Shown here: piece by piece, positions 37,232 to 50,464 of the stretch
Numbering within the stretch: position 1 is the first letter of the stretch
Layout of the letters: every line of letters begins with the position of its first letter
Assembly: GCA_000708835.1 (NCBI GenBank)
Contig: DF237430.1
Coordinates: forward strand, 1-64,000
Reading direction: 5' to 3'
Source of the DNA: Klebsormidium nitens
Taxonomy: Eukaryota; Plantae; Klebsormidiophyceae
Length of the DNA: 64,000 bases
Translations under genes and position numbers: made by a program
The notes under the pieces: generated by a model
Database searches by the model: none
What the model was told of the DNA's origin: nothing
Seen by the model: the letters and a program-made list of their open reading frames with translations, nothing else

Positions 37232-37805
37232 GATGAGACCTCAGAGACAAAGTTTCGATAAGCACTGTTTCCGCAGCCTTCACCCTGAAGAAATCCGAAG
37301 GCGCTGCCAGTGCGAGATGGCCCAACAACTTTCTAAATCTGGAGTCTGGACGGGTACCCTGCAGAACACTCATGAGTCATGAGTCATGGCGAATTTTCTG
37401 TTTGTAATACAGCAGCTTTTTGAGCGCAACCAATATTACTGGCCTACCTATGTTGGATGCTCGGACCGAATATCAGATTTACACCTGGCATGCACAGATG
37501 TAACAGTATAACACTTATCCCTGGCATGCACGAAGCGGTCTAGAGAAAAGCTAGCGAGAATGGAAGTATAAGCAGTCTATCACGGCATATACGCTCTACT
37601 TTGGCGTTCATAAGGGGCTTGAGTTTCGTGCAATGCCTTCGCTCCAGGTTCCTTCCTTGCACTACCCCATGCCAATGCCATGACACTCTTCAAAATCTGC
37701 TCCAACTTCCTCCTTGAGCTGCTGCAGCCATCACGTTAGGCTTTGGCAAGTCGAGGTAAAGTTCGGGGTGCAACGCAGTGAATCCATTGCACTTTTCCTT
37801 CCGAC

Positions 37806-40800
37806 ATGGCGATTGCGCAGCTGCAGCAAGCGCCATGTGCCAGAGGCCAACTAGTTGCTCGTCATCAAACCGACCATCAAACTGCATTGAAGTCTGGGCC
37901 CAGGCAGTGCCACAGTGGTCAGCCACATTGCCACCAGAATCTGGGTGGACAGCAACAACGGGGCCCCTGCTCTGCAAGAAAAGCTTTGAGACACACGCAC
38001 CTTAGTTCAGTCCAGTTTGCAGCTGAGCATCTTAACCCACAATCAGGGTTTCCTTCTTGGCGCCACTGCAGGCACGTGTGTGCTGCATTCAAGTGGCCAT
38101 GGGAGCAGAAAGATGGGAATGCAGCTTCTCAAGAGGTTGATGCTGTAGAAGCTAGAGAGCAAGAGAATAGAAGGAATGGGGTGCCAGCGGAGGAGACGGA
38201 TGTGGTGGTGGTCGGGGCAGGTCTGGCAGGGCTAGCATGTGCGAGGACTCTGCATGCTGCTGGCATTCCATTCCGGTTACTTGAGGTTAGTCCACCCTCC
38301 TGCCTAGATGTTTTCTGTGTTCGTATCCTAGTTGGCGATGCTGCAATTTTAGCTACCCGTCCATGCTGAGGCAATGAAAAGTTTTGCGGAAGCCTTTGCC
38401 CTGCTTTTATGCAATCCTGAATATGATTGCAGGCATCTGATGGCGTCGGTGGACGGGTGCGGACAGACGTGACAGATGACGGCTTTCTCTTAGACCGAGG
38501 CTTTCAGATCTTCCTATCAGCTTACCCAGGCAAGTGCCACTCATTAAAGCCGCTGACGGCGGGTCAAGAAAAGTTCTGAGATGCCGACGGGCCAGTTGAT
38601 AAAGAAGCAAGTTCACTACGATGGGCTGATTGATTGAACTGGGACACCCATCTTGAATTGGTTGAATCTTTGAGGAAACTTGCAGCCCCTTGGCATTGCA
38701 GAGAAGTGTCCGGCCGCTCTTGCACAACTATTGCTCATCCTTTATGTGCAGAGTGCAAGAAAGTGCTTGATTACGAGGCGCTCGATTTGAGGACCTTTTA
38801 CTCTGGGGCCTTTGTGCGGTTTCGTGGCCAGTTCCACAGAGTAGCGGTGAGTTCTCGCTCGCAGCCATACTTGAGCCCCCAAAAAATCTGCTTTTTCTCA
38901 GGGTTATGAATGCTTACTCTCGTTCTTCATAATGAGGCTACATTACAACGCCCGCTGACACTTGTCTTTGGTACAGGATCCTTTCCGGCACCCCCTCGAT
39001 GGTGTGGCTTCCCTCAGCCCCACTCACCCCATCGGCAACGTTCTTGACAAGTTACGGGTTGGACTTGTAAGTGCAAAACAAATCCTGATTCTTCTCAGTT
39101 CTCTTGTCAACGACGTTTTTGGCATCCACCTATAAGAGTACTCCTCCTTTTACTTCACATGAAACAAGGACAGACCACAGACAGGCTCTGATTCACCATA
39201 CAGAAAGAGTTGCCTTTTGAAGGGCATACGTCATAAACTGGTACAGGAATGGCAATCAAAGGCGAAGCATACCATTCTGACGGCCCGTCTACCTGGCTAT
39301 GACCGTTTCGGTTTGACGGGCCAAGCTTGTAGGAAATTCGAGAGGATTTTAGCTAGAGCTTGCTGTGCCTCTTGTGCAGCTCCGACTCAAGGTGCTCATC
39401 AAGAGCGATGCTGACCTTTTGTCAGCACCGGAGACCTCCATTGTTGACAAGCTCAGGCGGGAAGGTTTCTCATCAGCAATGGTGAGCCCGCTGCCATGGA
39501 GCTTTGTCATACTTGTCTTGGAGTACTCAAGTCTTTGCGAGGATGCATCATAGTCCTTGTCCGCAATCCTGGTCCGCTCCTGGCCGGTCATCATACAGAC
39601 AAGGCTCTTTCATGTGCAAGTCCTGTCACACACCTGACCACTTTACGAGGGTATAGGTTGCTGGTCGGGAGACCCACCGTGCAGCTTCTCTTGATCCAGA
39701 CTGTCTTCCGTGCAGATTGACCGCTTCTTCCGGCCATTCTTGGGGGGTATATTCTTTGACAGGGACCTCACTACAACATCCAGGTTGGTGGCAGCTGCTC
39801 CAGTTTCGTGATGTCGTGCCACAGCCTTATTGAGCTACTAACAGAGCATAAGTGCCTCCAGTCCTGCAGACTAAGGAGTTATTTCTGTACTCCACTTTCC
39901 TTTTAAGAAACGGTCCGGTCTGTCCATGCCCTTAGCGACTGAGCGACTTTGGGCATGTTTGCTAAAAGTCAGAAGCACGATTTGAGGTTCTTAGTACTAC
40001 TGAATATAGTATGCTTATCGTGGCAGGGTCAACCAGGTTTTCTACATCCACATTTGGTGTCTGTTGCTTTGCTTTGCAACAGGTAACCTTCTGTTCCAAT
40101 TCGATCTTGTTCCAAGCTATGATACCACCATTCTACTTTATTTTTCTGACTTCAAGTTCGTTCATATCGTCTTTGCCTCTTGGTTCTCGTTTTTTGAGAA
40201 AGCGAACGAGATACGATGGTGAGGAGGGTCTGGAAAGCATCTTTCCCGGGGTTCTGCACGATGACGCCCTCCCCGACTTTCCACTGCTCCTTCCTTTTGG
40301 GCCCACTCTCTTGATAGGTCTAGAGTCCAATGAGGAGGGGACGATAGGCTGTCCGTTGCTCCCTCGCTTTCATCTTCGTTGTCAAAGTCCTGCTAGCCGA
40401 CGCCTGCCTTCTTGTGCAGGCTCCTCGACTTCGTGATCAAGGTGTTGGCGCTTGGGGACAACACGCTCCCCGTCCAGGGCATTGCCGCCATCCCCGAGCA
40501 GGTGCAGCCCCGCCAGCCAACCTTCAACGCGTCTGCTGGCACTCGCTTGCCTCTGCTGACCTTTTTCGCGGTTGTATGCAGCACTGATGGATCACTATCA
40601 CCACCGACTAATCTTGCGAATCCACTCTGTCGACGACTCTGCTCGATTTGTGGCTCGAACTTTGTGAGATGGGGTCGGCCGCTCTTGCGGGAAGACGGTA
40701 ATTTGCAGCTTTGAGAAGCGTTCATGCGCGAGAGTGACGACATGTAGGGTCTTTCTTGTCGAAGAAGAGCAACTACAAGGAGTCCTTGATGCGGATCTTA

Positions 40801-42819
40801 CGGATTTCACCATGCACATGTTTGACGTTGTGTTTCCGTGACCTTAAGCAGTCCATGCATTTCTCGCTGCAGCTCGCTTCCGGGCTTCCGTCGGAGTCTG
40901 TTGTGCTAAACGCCCCCGTCAGCAGTGTGGTTCCCGCCAGGGCTGGCGCACCTGCAACGGTGCGGGTCGCTGGCGGCCGCAGCTATGCGGCCAGAAGGGG
41001 AGTGGTCGTTGCGGTACGGATGTGCTTCTATCGCAACTAGCAAGGATTGCCTGTTGCCAGGGCGCTTGTTTGCTGATGCGACTGGGGCCGGAACTTGGGA
41101 CTTCACCGATACAATGCTTATATGCGGGCTGCGTTGATTCCTTTACGAGTGGCCGTCCAGTGTTTTAGGCGAGGTCGCAGGAGTGACGGGTCCAGCGGTT
41201 CGTATACTCTTAGTTTAGCCGCACTCGGTCTGGCGGAGGGCCGATGTCGCCGCTCCGTGTCTGACCCTTGTGCTGGCGGCCGCAGGTGGACGGGCCCCAG
41301 GCCCAACGACTCTTGGGCGGAGGCCTCTCCAGCACTCCCTCCGATGCCCGAGACGCACGGGGGACCGTGTGCCTCTACTACGCCGCCGTAGGACATCGAC
41401 CTCCTACCGTTTGTGTGCTGTCTTTTGGTGCATTTAGAGGAAGCCGTTTTTACATTGAGATGCCTAGGCACGCAATCTGCACTCGATTTTGGTCTTGCTG
41501 TGGTTCGAAGCCTTGGTTACAGGGACGAGCCCTTGAACGGCATTTCTTTGTGCAGCCGTCCGCTCCGATCGAGGACCCCGTGCTGCTGCTCAACGGCGAT
41601 GGAGTCGGCCTCATCAACAACATGTGCTTCCCCAGCAGGTGGGGCCCGCGCTCGCGACAGTCTGGCGTCCAACTGTCTTTCGCAAACAAGCGTGGTTTCC
41701 GAGGAAAGTGCATTCGCGGCGTCTTGGAACAGGAATCGTCCACGTACTTCTCTCGAAGCGCCCATCTTTGTTTTTGGGAGCCTCATCGTTCATGGTTGTC
41801 GCAACGACGACCGCTTACCCTTGACTTAAGGAAATAATGTCAGAACCTTAGCCTCCTCTTTTAAAGCCATATTGGGAGGACGCAAGTAATGGACTAGGCG
41901 TGCTGACCCCCCCTGTTCCGCTGCAGTGTATCCCCGTCTTACGCCCCCCCTGGCAAAGCCCTGGTGTCCATCTCGCTGGTGGGCGCATACCCAGACCGCT
42001 CCGATGCGGACCTGCAGACCGCGGTCGAGGCGGAGCTGAGGGACTGGTTCGGGAAAGAGACCGCCACGTGGCGACACCTCAAAACTTACCGCATCCCCTT
42101 CGCACAGGTCAGCATGATTATCTACTCTCGCTGCTAGGAGCTTCTCCGCTCGTTGAGTGCATGTACGATGACTGCTTTGCCATCACAAGGACAATCTGGG
42201 GTTCTAAAGCAGGGACCGACTCTCTGGCCGCTTGGAGGCACCGCACGCTTGTGAGGAGCAGGAGTCCTTCGTAGAAAGTCTTTCGATGAGATGGATTGTT
42301 CGTGAATGCCGTCAGCCGTAATCACAAGTGCAAAGCTGAACAAGCCCTGAGCGTTGCCTTTACTGTCCCATGGTGCAGCCCAATCAACGGCCGCCCAGCG
42401 ATCCCCTGCGGGAGGTGCGGCTGGGTGCCGACCTCTACGTCTGCGGGGACCATCGGGACACGGCAACGGTGAGAGCACGGAGTAGACTTGCGGCGAACTT
42501 GTTAGCGAAGAGTCCAGTCGGGCGATGCATCTTGAATCTTTGGACCGGAATTGGAAAAGCTTGTCATTGTTCATGTTCTCATAAGCCCGTACCCATTAAA
42601 AGGCATGGGGCTGCATCGCCTGGAGGAGATCATCGTTGTCAACATCATCCCAAGAGGAGATGCGATTTGGGCTTTACATCGCGTGGGTTGTGTTTTCATG
42701 TGCAGTTCGATGGTGCCTTCGTATCCGGGCGTCGAGCAGCGGAAGCCTTGATGGCCGACTCCCAAGAGAAGCAAGGAGCTTCCACGAAAGCGGAAGCTAA
42801 AGTGGTAGTGCAGGTCTGA
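37806..42819 (+). CDS. FAD-dependent flavin amine-oxidoreductase family protein (protoporphyrinogen/amine oxidase-like), probably plastid-targeted, about 12 exons
   Basis: Rossmann DVVVVGAGLAGLACA, ASDGVGGRVRTD...GFLLDRGFQIFLSAYP, IDRFFRPFLGGIFFD, YRIPFAQPNQ, LYVCGDHRDTATFDGAFVSGRRAAE. Confidence 0.9.
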
Positions 42820-43208
42820 CAATGACGCGAGGCCATTATGCTAAGCTAAGTGTGGAGTCGAATGGGGTGCTCAGGCCGCTGGTTTTGTTCTGAGTTGCTG
42901 GCGCACTGTTGGACACGGCACTTGATGTATGCCCTAGACTCAGCTCAATTATTGGACGTTGGTTACTAACTAAGACGATTTGTTACACCATGTGTTACTG
43001 TTGTTGAAGTAGCTTGCAACCCGCTCCTAACGCAGCTCGGTTGCTTGCTGGAGGAAGAAGTTGGGGAGTTTGGCCAAGATTCGTATCGCAGTTTCTTGGA
43101 AAGAATCCAATGACATTCCCAGGTTTGTTTTGCGCATGGGTCACAATCGTAGAACGTGGGATCGAGGGCGAATCGGCACTCCACTGATTTGTCACGCAGG
43201 GACAATTG

Positions 43209-43653
43209 TGTAACTAATGATTAAACTACCGGCCACTATAACACTGATTACACTCGAGCTAATTTTGGCCCCTTAGTCCATATTCTACCGCGCTGTTTCG
43301 ATTCCGGAGTCCAACTCTACGAGAGTGAGGCCACTTGATTGACGGTGTCCTAAGTGTGGGGTAATGATTGAGTATACGAAGAAGGGGTGTGGGGGGCCCA
43401 GCCGGAATTATGATGAAGAGGAAAATATATACGTTGTTTAGGGATAAATATGTTGGATGAGGATGACATAGAACAAAGAGAGAGCTTTCACCTATCCTAT
43501 GTATATAAGCGATATCATGATCGAGCTGAGGATTTTGAGGATTTGACGCCCATGCATCAATACTCGCTTGTGCAGTGGAGTAGGGGAGGAGCGGGTCAAG
43601 GTTGATACCTGTTCGGGGCACGGGCAAATACTTGGGAGCCAAAGGCTACGACA
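43209..43653. mobile_element. Possible LTR relic (TGTAAC...CTACGACA, 445 bp)
   Basis: TG...CA termini, compositionally distinct from flanks, TATA-like TGTATATAAG near 43500. No target-site duplication, PBS or convincing PPT found. Confidence 0.3.
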
Positions 43654-45380
43654 TCTCCCAGACCCAGGTCACCAAGGCCATTGGAAACGACACCGTGCTA
43701 TACATCCCCAAAGACATCTATATCTTGAACTAGTTTGAAGCGCGTGTTGCGCTTGAGCCTTTCTAGTAATCATGCACGCTTTGTTTCAATCATAGCTGGG
43801 TAGTAGCAGTCTGCTATCAGCCGCACCTGGGGTGATCAGCTGTGCTCTGCACTGGCACTGCATTTGACATCCGTTCCAAACATCTAGCGTAGAGCCATAT
43901 CGGAGCTTGGGAAAGTCCGCGTGATGATGAGGTACGCAAGAGTTCTCAGAGGCTTGTAGGTTCGTGGATTGGTGCGACTCGGAGGCGCCATGTTTAGAAT
44001 AAACGTCCGAAGGCAGACTTCCTCATCAAGTTGCATGTTTTGTGATCTGATTGATCATACACAAACTTCTGTGAAGTAGATTGATTCGGTCATGCTTCTG
44101 TCTTGTTCTCCCTCATGCACAGAATTGAGTCTCGGCTGCCTATATGATTGTAGCAATTGAGCATGTGCGTGAGCTTTGAAGGCTGCGCGTGAGCTGTCCC
44201 ACAGTGTGTATCAACTACATATGTTCAGTAGCTATACGGACGCTTTCTGTTGTGCGACCCTCGCACATGCACTAGGTTTGAAGGGGCCGCTGGATACTAT
44301 GCCGGCCCCGCGACATATATATGTGTGACTCACATTAAGAGGATCTCGCACCATGATCGCGTCAAGTTAAAGGATCACGTCAACGGCCGAATGTTTATGC
44401 ATCCACCTGATTGCACGAGCCGCGCACGTATTGTCGACAACACTGCAGTGCAAAGCACCGGATGCATATACTTTATCATGCATCTAGTAAGAGCACCTAG
44501 AGCGCATGTACTGCCACTGGTGAGGCTAAATCATGATTTAAAGCTGTAGCTCTCGCTATTGATCATGGCCTATACATGGCTACGGCGAAAATACAAAATA
44601 CCATCATTCATAAACCATGCCTGTGATGGCGCACGCTGCAATCTAGTAGTTTGTAAACTTCAAGCTTTAACCAATCGCTTCCGACTCAAGCCGTGCTCAA
44701 GCCGTTGAATTATAACCTGGCCCGGAGCTTGCCAAACTCAACAATCTGACCCCGGCGCAGTGCGATTCTTGCGGGCGTTTTCTGAAGGCTCTTGCGGACA
44801 CCACGGCTCGCACTTCTGTCGAGGCTGCTCCCTCCTCTTGATAGGGCTTACATCTCGATCAGACTTCAGAGGAGGCCTTGCATGGATACAACAGTGAAGG
44901 AAAAAAGGCTATCGCGATGCGCATTTCTCGCACGTGGCGTTCAAAAAGAGACCAAAAAGCGACACCCCAAGCCTTCAAAGTTTCCGCATCCAATGGATTG
45001 AGCTTCTGGCATACTCCGGCCAGGCTATAGCGGCTTGAGCGACTATCGAACCACCGCCGCGATCTATATCTGGGGATCCATCATGGTATGATACTTCTGC
45101 AAGGACACTATTAAAAGCTCCACGAAACAACTGTCCCTGTACCAGTAGGAACCATTCTTTGTATCTAGTACTAAGTTTTAACTGTGCTCAGCAACACGGG
45201 CTCTGGTACCCTATGAGTAATTGCTCTCGCTTATAGCGCCGTAAGTGCGTCGTGTCGACAACAAGGACTACTATCCACAACTATCTACTACCTAGCGCGA
45301 GCATATTTTGTACATTGTTCAGCAGCTTATACACGACAGATCAAGAGAAACAACTCAACCGAACCTGAGCGCCAGTGCTA

Positions 45381-48300
45381 TTACGAGTAGCTACTGCTAA
45401 TCAGGAAGTAGCTATCCATCGACCGCGCAATGGGCGCCATGCCGTCCTCGTCAAATGCGAGCGCCCCCTTCCTCGCGATCGTCATCGCCTTTGTGGGTTT
45501 CCGCCCCTGCACCTTGCCCTCGCTTGTGAGCACTCCCGTGAGCGCTTGCGCCTTCTCCGCCTCGGTGGCCCAGTCGGTCCTCCACACAACGGTCCCCATG
45601 AGGAGCACCTGCATAACCTGCGCGCACACGATGCCCCACTGCAAGCCGTACACCCCGAAGTGGCCCCAGAACGCGAGCCCCAGCGCCACGGGCAAGCCGA
45701 CGAGGTAGTACCCGCCGACGTTGATCTTGGCGGCGGTGGCGGGGCGAGCGCTCCCGCGCAAGATGCCTTGCATCACGGCCTGCACGAGTAGCAAGGGGCG
45801 ATGAGGGACCATTCGCATGGGGGGTCCCATTGGAGGCCAGTCAAGAGCGTGTTCTTCGAAGAAAGGATTCTTACTTCCAATCTAGGTGGGAAATTGTCCT
45901 TCAGGCAAGGGAGTTCACCTTGTCTGAAGGTGAACTCCCTTGCTTATGACTGCAAGGGAGTCATAGCCAAGGGTCGACCTTGTGCCTATGACTGCTTTGT
46001 TTCTCCAGCGTTTTGTTTACCGTTCAGAAGGCGGCTTCGATTGATCCTCTGTGCCCCTAGATTCTCCTTGCGAACCGATGTTCGTGAAGCCAAAAATCAG
46101 CTGTCATCCTCAAAGTCTGTGGTAAGCCCAGCCGGGGCTTCAGCAAAGACTCGAGTCCGAAAAGACGCCACACCCGTTAAAGTTGACACTACGAGCAGTC
46201 AGAAGCCTGACCTGCGGCGCATCGCCCAGCAGCGAGATGGCGTTGATGACGATGGCGCCCCCCACCAGCGCGAGCAGCTGCGGGTCCGCCGTGAAGCAGC
46301 GCGCGAGCGGGTGGCGCAGCAGGATGAGGAACAGCGTGATGAGCAGGCCCAGAGCAAAGCCGAGCGCCACGCCCACCTCCGCAGCGAGGCGCGCGGCGCG
46401 GGCCTTGTTGGAGCCCAACTCCTTGCCAATGCGCACGCTGCACCCACAGCCACAGTCAGCGACGGTGAGCAGCGGAGACAGGGGGGGGCAGCTTTACAGG
46501 GCCCCGCAGGGGGCCGAAGTAAACCTTGCAAGCCCTCTCCAGCATCAACATTCTTGGTCACAGCTTGCGTCAGTTCGGCAATGGCCGACGTTCAACCAAA
46601 GCGTAGCCGATGCAACGGCAGATCCTTCACTTCAGCATCAGCTGCTCAACGAACACATCAGCAGGTCACGTTATGTACACGGGAGACAGCTGAACCGCAC
46701 CTCCTTCTCGCCCGCACAGTGAGATTGTTTCTATTGATCGTTTTCAGGCAGTGAGGGTCCTGAGACACTGACCTGACCGCATTCCCGAGGGAGCCTGGCA
46801 GCATGAAGAGCAGCGTGGTGACGTTCTCCGTGATCGCCATGGTCGAGACCGCCAACTCGGGGTTCTAGAAAAGGACAAGAAAAGATCCGTCATGCGAGAA
46901 ACAGGACTTTTCGGACAAGCACAAAAAAGGGTCAGGAGAGACGACCAGATCGGGCGGTACTGCAGCCACTGCCCTTCTGAACAGATCAAAGCGAACTCAA
47001 TCTTCACGGTTGTGTCTCATCGGCCGACCTGAATGCTCTGCATGGAAAAGGCAGGGAGCAACGGCAGGAACGGCCAGAGAGACTACTGTTTTGCGGGCCC
47101 CTCTTCTGTGGTTGATCTACTTGTCGGCCTCAAAAGGCGACAAGCGGAGCATGTCGGTAGGACTCACATCGAGGAGGCCTGCCGCAAGCAGTAGCGCCTC
47201 ATAGCACCACCACTCGAGGCAGACGCTGAAGCAGGACGGCACCGCGAGCGCCAGAAAGGGCCCCCACTCGCGGAAGCACTCGCGCGGAGCAAAGCCGCCC
47301 CAGGACTGCTTGTACACGCCCGACACCCAGATGAAGGCTAGCAGCAGCACCAGCAGGAGCAGGTCAGAGATCCACGTGGCAGCAGCGGCGCCGACGGGGC
47401 CCCAGCCAAGGACGGAGATGAACAGGATGTTGAGGGGGATGTGCACGGCCGCGGCAACCAGGGCGCACGCAAACATGGGGACGGTGATGCCCTGCAAAGA
47501 GCAGCTAACTGTGAGGCAGGGCGGAATCGAGGAGTGATGTTCTGACTGTTTGAGTTAAGTTTGCGCCAAACAAGATAGGACTGAGAAAATGGCATTCATT
47601 CAGGACATCTTGTCAAAAGAGGGCCACAGATCATGATGCGCAAAAAGCATTCTGGATGAATGACCATTGCAGGAATGTCTAGAAAGCTTGAGCGCCAGCT
47701 CAACAGCTTTGGCTTCTCTTTGCACACCTGTGACGTGAGATAGATGCGCAGGGGCATGACGAAACAGATGATGAACGCGTCCGGCACGAGGTGCACGATG
47801 TAGATCCCCGCCACGCGCGCGACCGCGGGGTCCTGCCCCAGCAGGATGAGAATGGGCTCCATGAAGCACCACATGGCACAGATGGGCAGCGTGCACGCCA
47901 GCAGAATGGTAACCGCGCGCTGCAGCTGGATGCCCACTTCGTGGAACTGCGCCGCGCCCAGAGCCTGTGACATCAGCGGCTCGAGCGCATAGCACAGGCC
48001 CGTGATGACGGAGTAGCCCGTCACGTTGGCAATGGACACCGCCAGGGATCTGCAGGTCGATAGAAACATGTCTGATGGCAGCCCGTATGAGGCCGGTTCT
48101 TCCAAAAACTCTTTTCTTAGGTACTGCTAAGAGCACAAAGTGTATGTTCAAGGTGGCCAGTTGGTCAGCTTTTAGCAGAGGCCAGGCTTTCAAATGAGCA
48201 AAGGGACAAGGTACATTCAGAAGAAGAATCATACGGGCTGTGCACTATAGGTAACCTGGCAGCACCAGTGGAGCCATGCCAAGAAAGAGAAACTTGTTGG

Positions 48301-48728
48301 CGTCAACAGCCAGATAATCAAATATGTCCGTGTTTTCTGAATGGAGAGGTCCACAGACCAGTCAAAGGGCTCGTGAAAGAGTCCAGGCTGCCATGGCCCC
48401 GTCGAGCCTGCTTGTCGCCTCACCCGCCTGCCAGCGCCAGCCGGCCCAGCTGCCCCAGGAAGATGGTGGACACAATGGTGCGCATGAGCCACACAAAGTT
48501 CATCCCCGCCACCGGCAGCGCCATGCGCCCCACCGCCCACAGCTCCGACCGGGCAAAGTCCTTCCAGTCATCCTCCTTATGACTGCTCAGCAGTGGGGCG
48601 GCAGCATTGCCTGCCTCAAAGGGCTCATACCCGTCCCAGTCCGCAGGGAGACTGTCCGATCGCTGGAGAATGGGCTGTGCCAGCATGTCCTCCCCGTCAA
48701 AAACATCGGCGTCCGTCTGACCGACCAT
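45381..48728 (-). CDS. MATE (DTX) efflux transporter, multi-intron (about 7 coding exons)
   Basis: ANVTGYSVITGLCYALEPLMSQALGA, LAVPSCFSVCLEWWCYE, SVRIGKELG, QAVMQGILRGSARP...INVGGYYLVGLPVA, VVWRTDWATEAEKA. Confidence 0.93.
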
Positions 48729-50434
48729 CCTGGAGAAATATGGAAAGACGGAGGAAGAGGCGCTTGACACAGGGTACAAAGCCTGCAAAGGAAAGCTTTC
48801 CCCTTAAGGAATAATGCACCACTATGTCAACTGAGTTGCTGGTTGCTGCAAACCTTCCGCAGCTAACAAACTGCAAACAAGCAAGACCTGGGCCCCGAAA
48901 AACTGGACCATCCTGCCCAGCGTCCAGCAGACCAGTAGCCTGAGCGGCTTGAGTTCCGACTGAATGCTGCAAGTTGTGGTACAATGCCCACACAATAAAC
49001 GTTGCCGCCACGCTACAACAGCTTCATATTCCCGGATCCCTCATTCTGCTCTGTGGCACGCAGCTGATGATACTAAAAGAGGTGTGCCCTTTTCGCTTTA
49101 TAAAAGTCCTCTCAAGCACGGAAGCCCTTTGCAAGGCACATCATACATGTTCTCCAGAGATCTGGGCTGCGGAGTTTGCAATCATGCAATGCTGCGAGAT
49201 GTTACAACTTACATGCAGACAACCCTGTTTGGCCTCACCTTTTGCAAGGTTCAGCTTTGGGTTTTCTTGTAAGAGGAGTCCTTACCAACCTCTGCTGTTT
49301 GCAAGGTCTTCAGTGCAGGCACTGGTATTGTGGATTTATAAAACGATGACAAATAATCCCTTATAGCTTGTAAAAGGTTGCAAGAGCCTGAGCAGTGAGA
49401 GCATTTGCGCCCAGCCAACAAGAATCCTGTCTGGCATAAACTTCTTGTCCCCTAGAATGTTCAGATAAATATGTGCATCGGACGGTTCAGAACCAGAGGA
49501 AGTGACATCGACGGTCACTTCCGCTGAATCCCCGGGCACTTTCAGCGGTTGCCCAAGACTGACAAAGTTGCTCAGTAAAACCAAAGTCCCGGAAGTCAAG
49601 GCCTAAACCGGAACACCTACAGCCAGTAATTTGAAGCAGAAGACTGCCGCAATGGCTGCCTTGTGCTCAGGGCTTGAGGAGGCAGGGACGGGCTGTGGGG
49701 GGAGAGTAGAAGGTCTTTCTCCACAAACTTTGCATTTCAGCAAGCTAGGATTGCTTTTTGTAGAGCAGTCTTGCCGTTGAGATTGCAAAATTTGATGTAT
49801 AGTTGCCCCGGCGACTTTCAACAAAACCTCCATTGCGCCTCCGAGGCTCCTTTTAGGGTTGAAAGGCACATTTTGGATTTGGGGGGAGAATGTGCATCAA
49901 ATTTACCTTTGAAAGCAGCTGGTATTCAATTTATAGGTTGCACATAGCTTCAGGTTGCCGTTGGGTTTGAGAAATTTTGGTCATGGGTGCTGCTCCCAGC
50001 TCATTTCAGCCATGTCGGCAGCCATGGCGGCCAGTCTGAGGTGCTGGGCAAAATAACAATTTTGGACTTCACCACTTTCGGGCGCTGTCCCTCCTTTCTG
50101 CGACCTTTAGGCGGGGGATGGACTCAGCCTTCTGTTCAGCAAAGGCAATCGGCGTACCGTCCGATCTTAGAAAATAGAACGATTTCACCGTTGGATGCCC
50201 GGACTGCGCCCGGTACGCCAAAAATTACTTAACCAGGCCAGCGGACGGAGGTTCATGCCAGACAGGAGAATGTGGCGGCAGTATTGGAAGCTTCTCCTTC
50301 TCACATGAAGCCCTGAACTCGGAAGGCGATCTTGAGCAAGCGATTTGGGGATCGGGGATCACGCTGGCGACAGCACAATCGCCACCGTGCACCGATAAAA
50401 CACGTGGAAGATCTTGCGGTCGGCCTTGCACACT

Positions 50435-50464
50435 TTTGGCGCCACAACTTACAAGCTTCCCGCG
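50435..50464. promoter_or_regulatory. Candidate E2F sites upstream of MCM7 (TTTGGCGC at 50435-50442; TTCCCGCG at 50457-50464)
   Basis: Exact TTTSSCGC match about 470 bp upstream of the MCM7 ATG. MCM genes are canonical E2F targets. Short motif, so a chance match is possible. Confidence 0.4.

Noticed and set aside
43259-43642. - strand ORF containing GINLDP and HDIAY, reminiscent of parvovirus/polinton PLA2 domains
   Set aside because: Spacing between motifs is wrong (about 24 aa instead of about 5), no YLGPG calcium loop, TTG start and an upstream stop; probably chance within an LTR-like relic
45801-46754. 317-aa + strand ORF
   Set aside because: Antisense shadow of GC-rich MATE exons and introns; no recognisable domain
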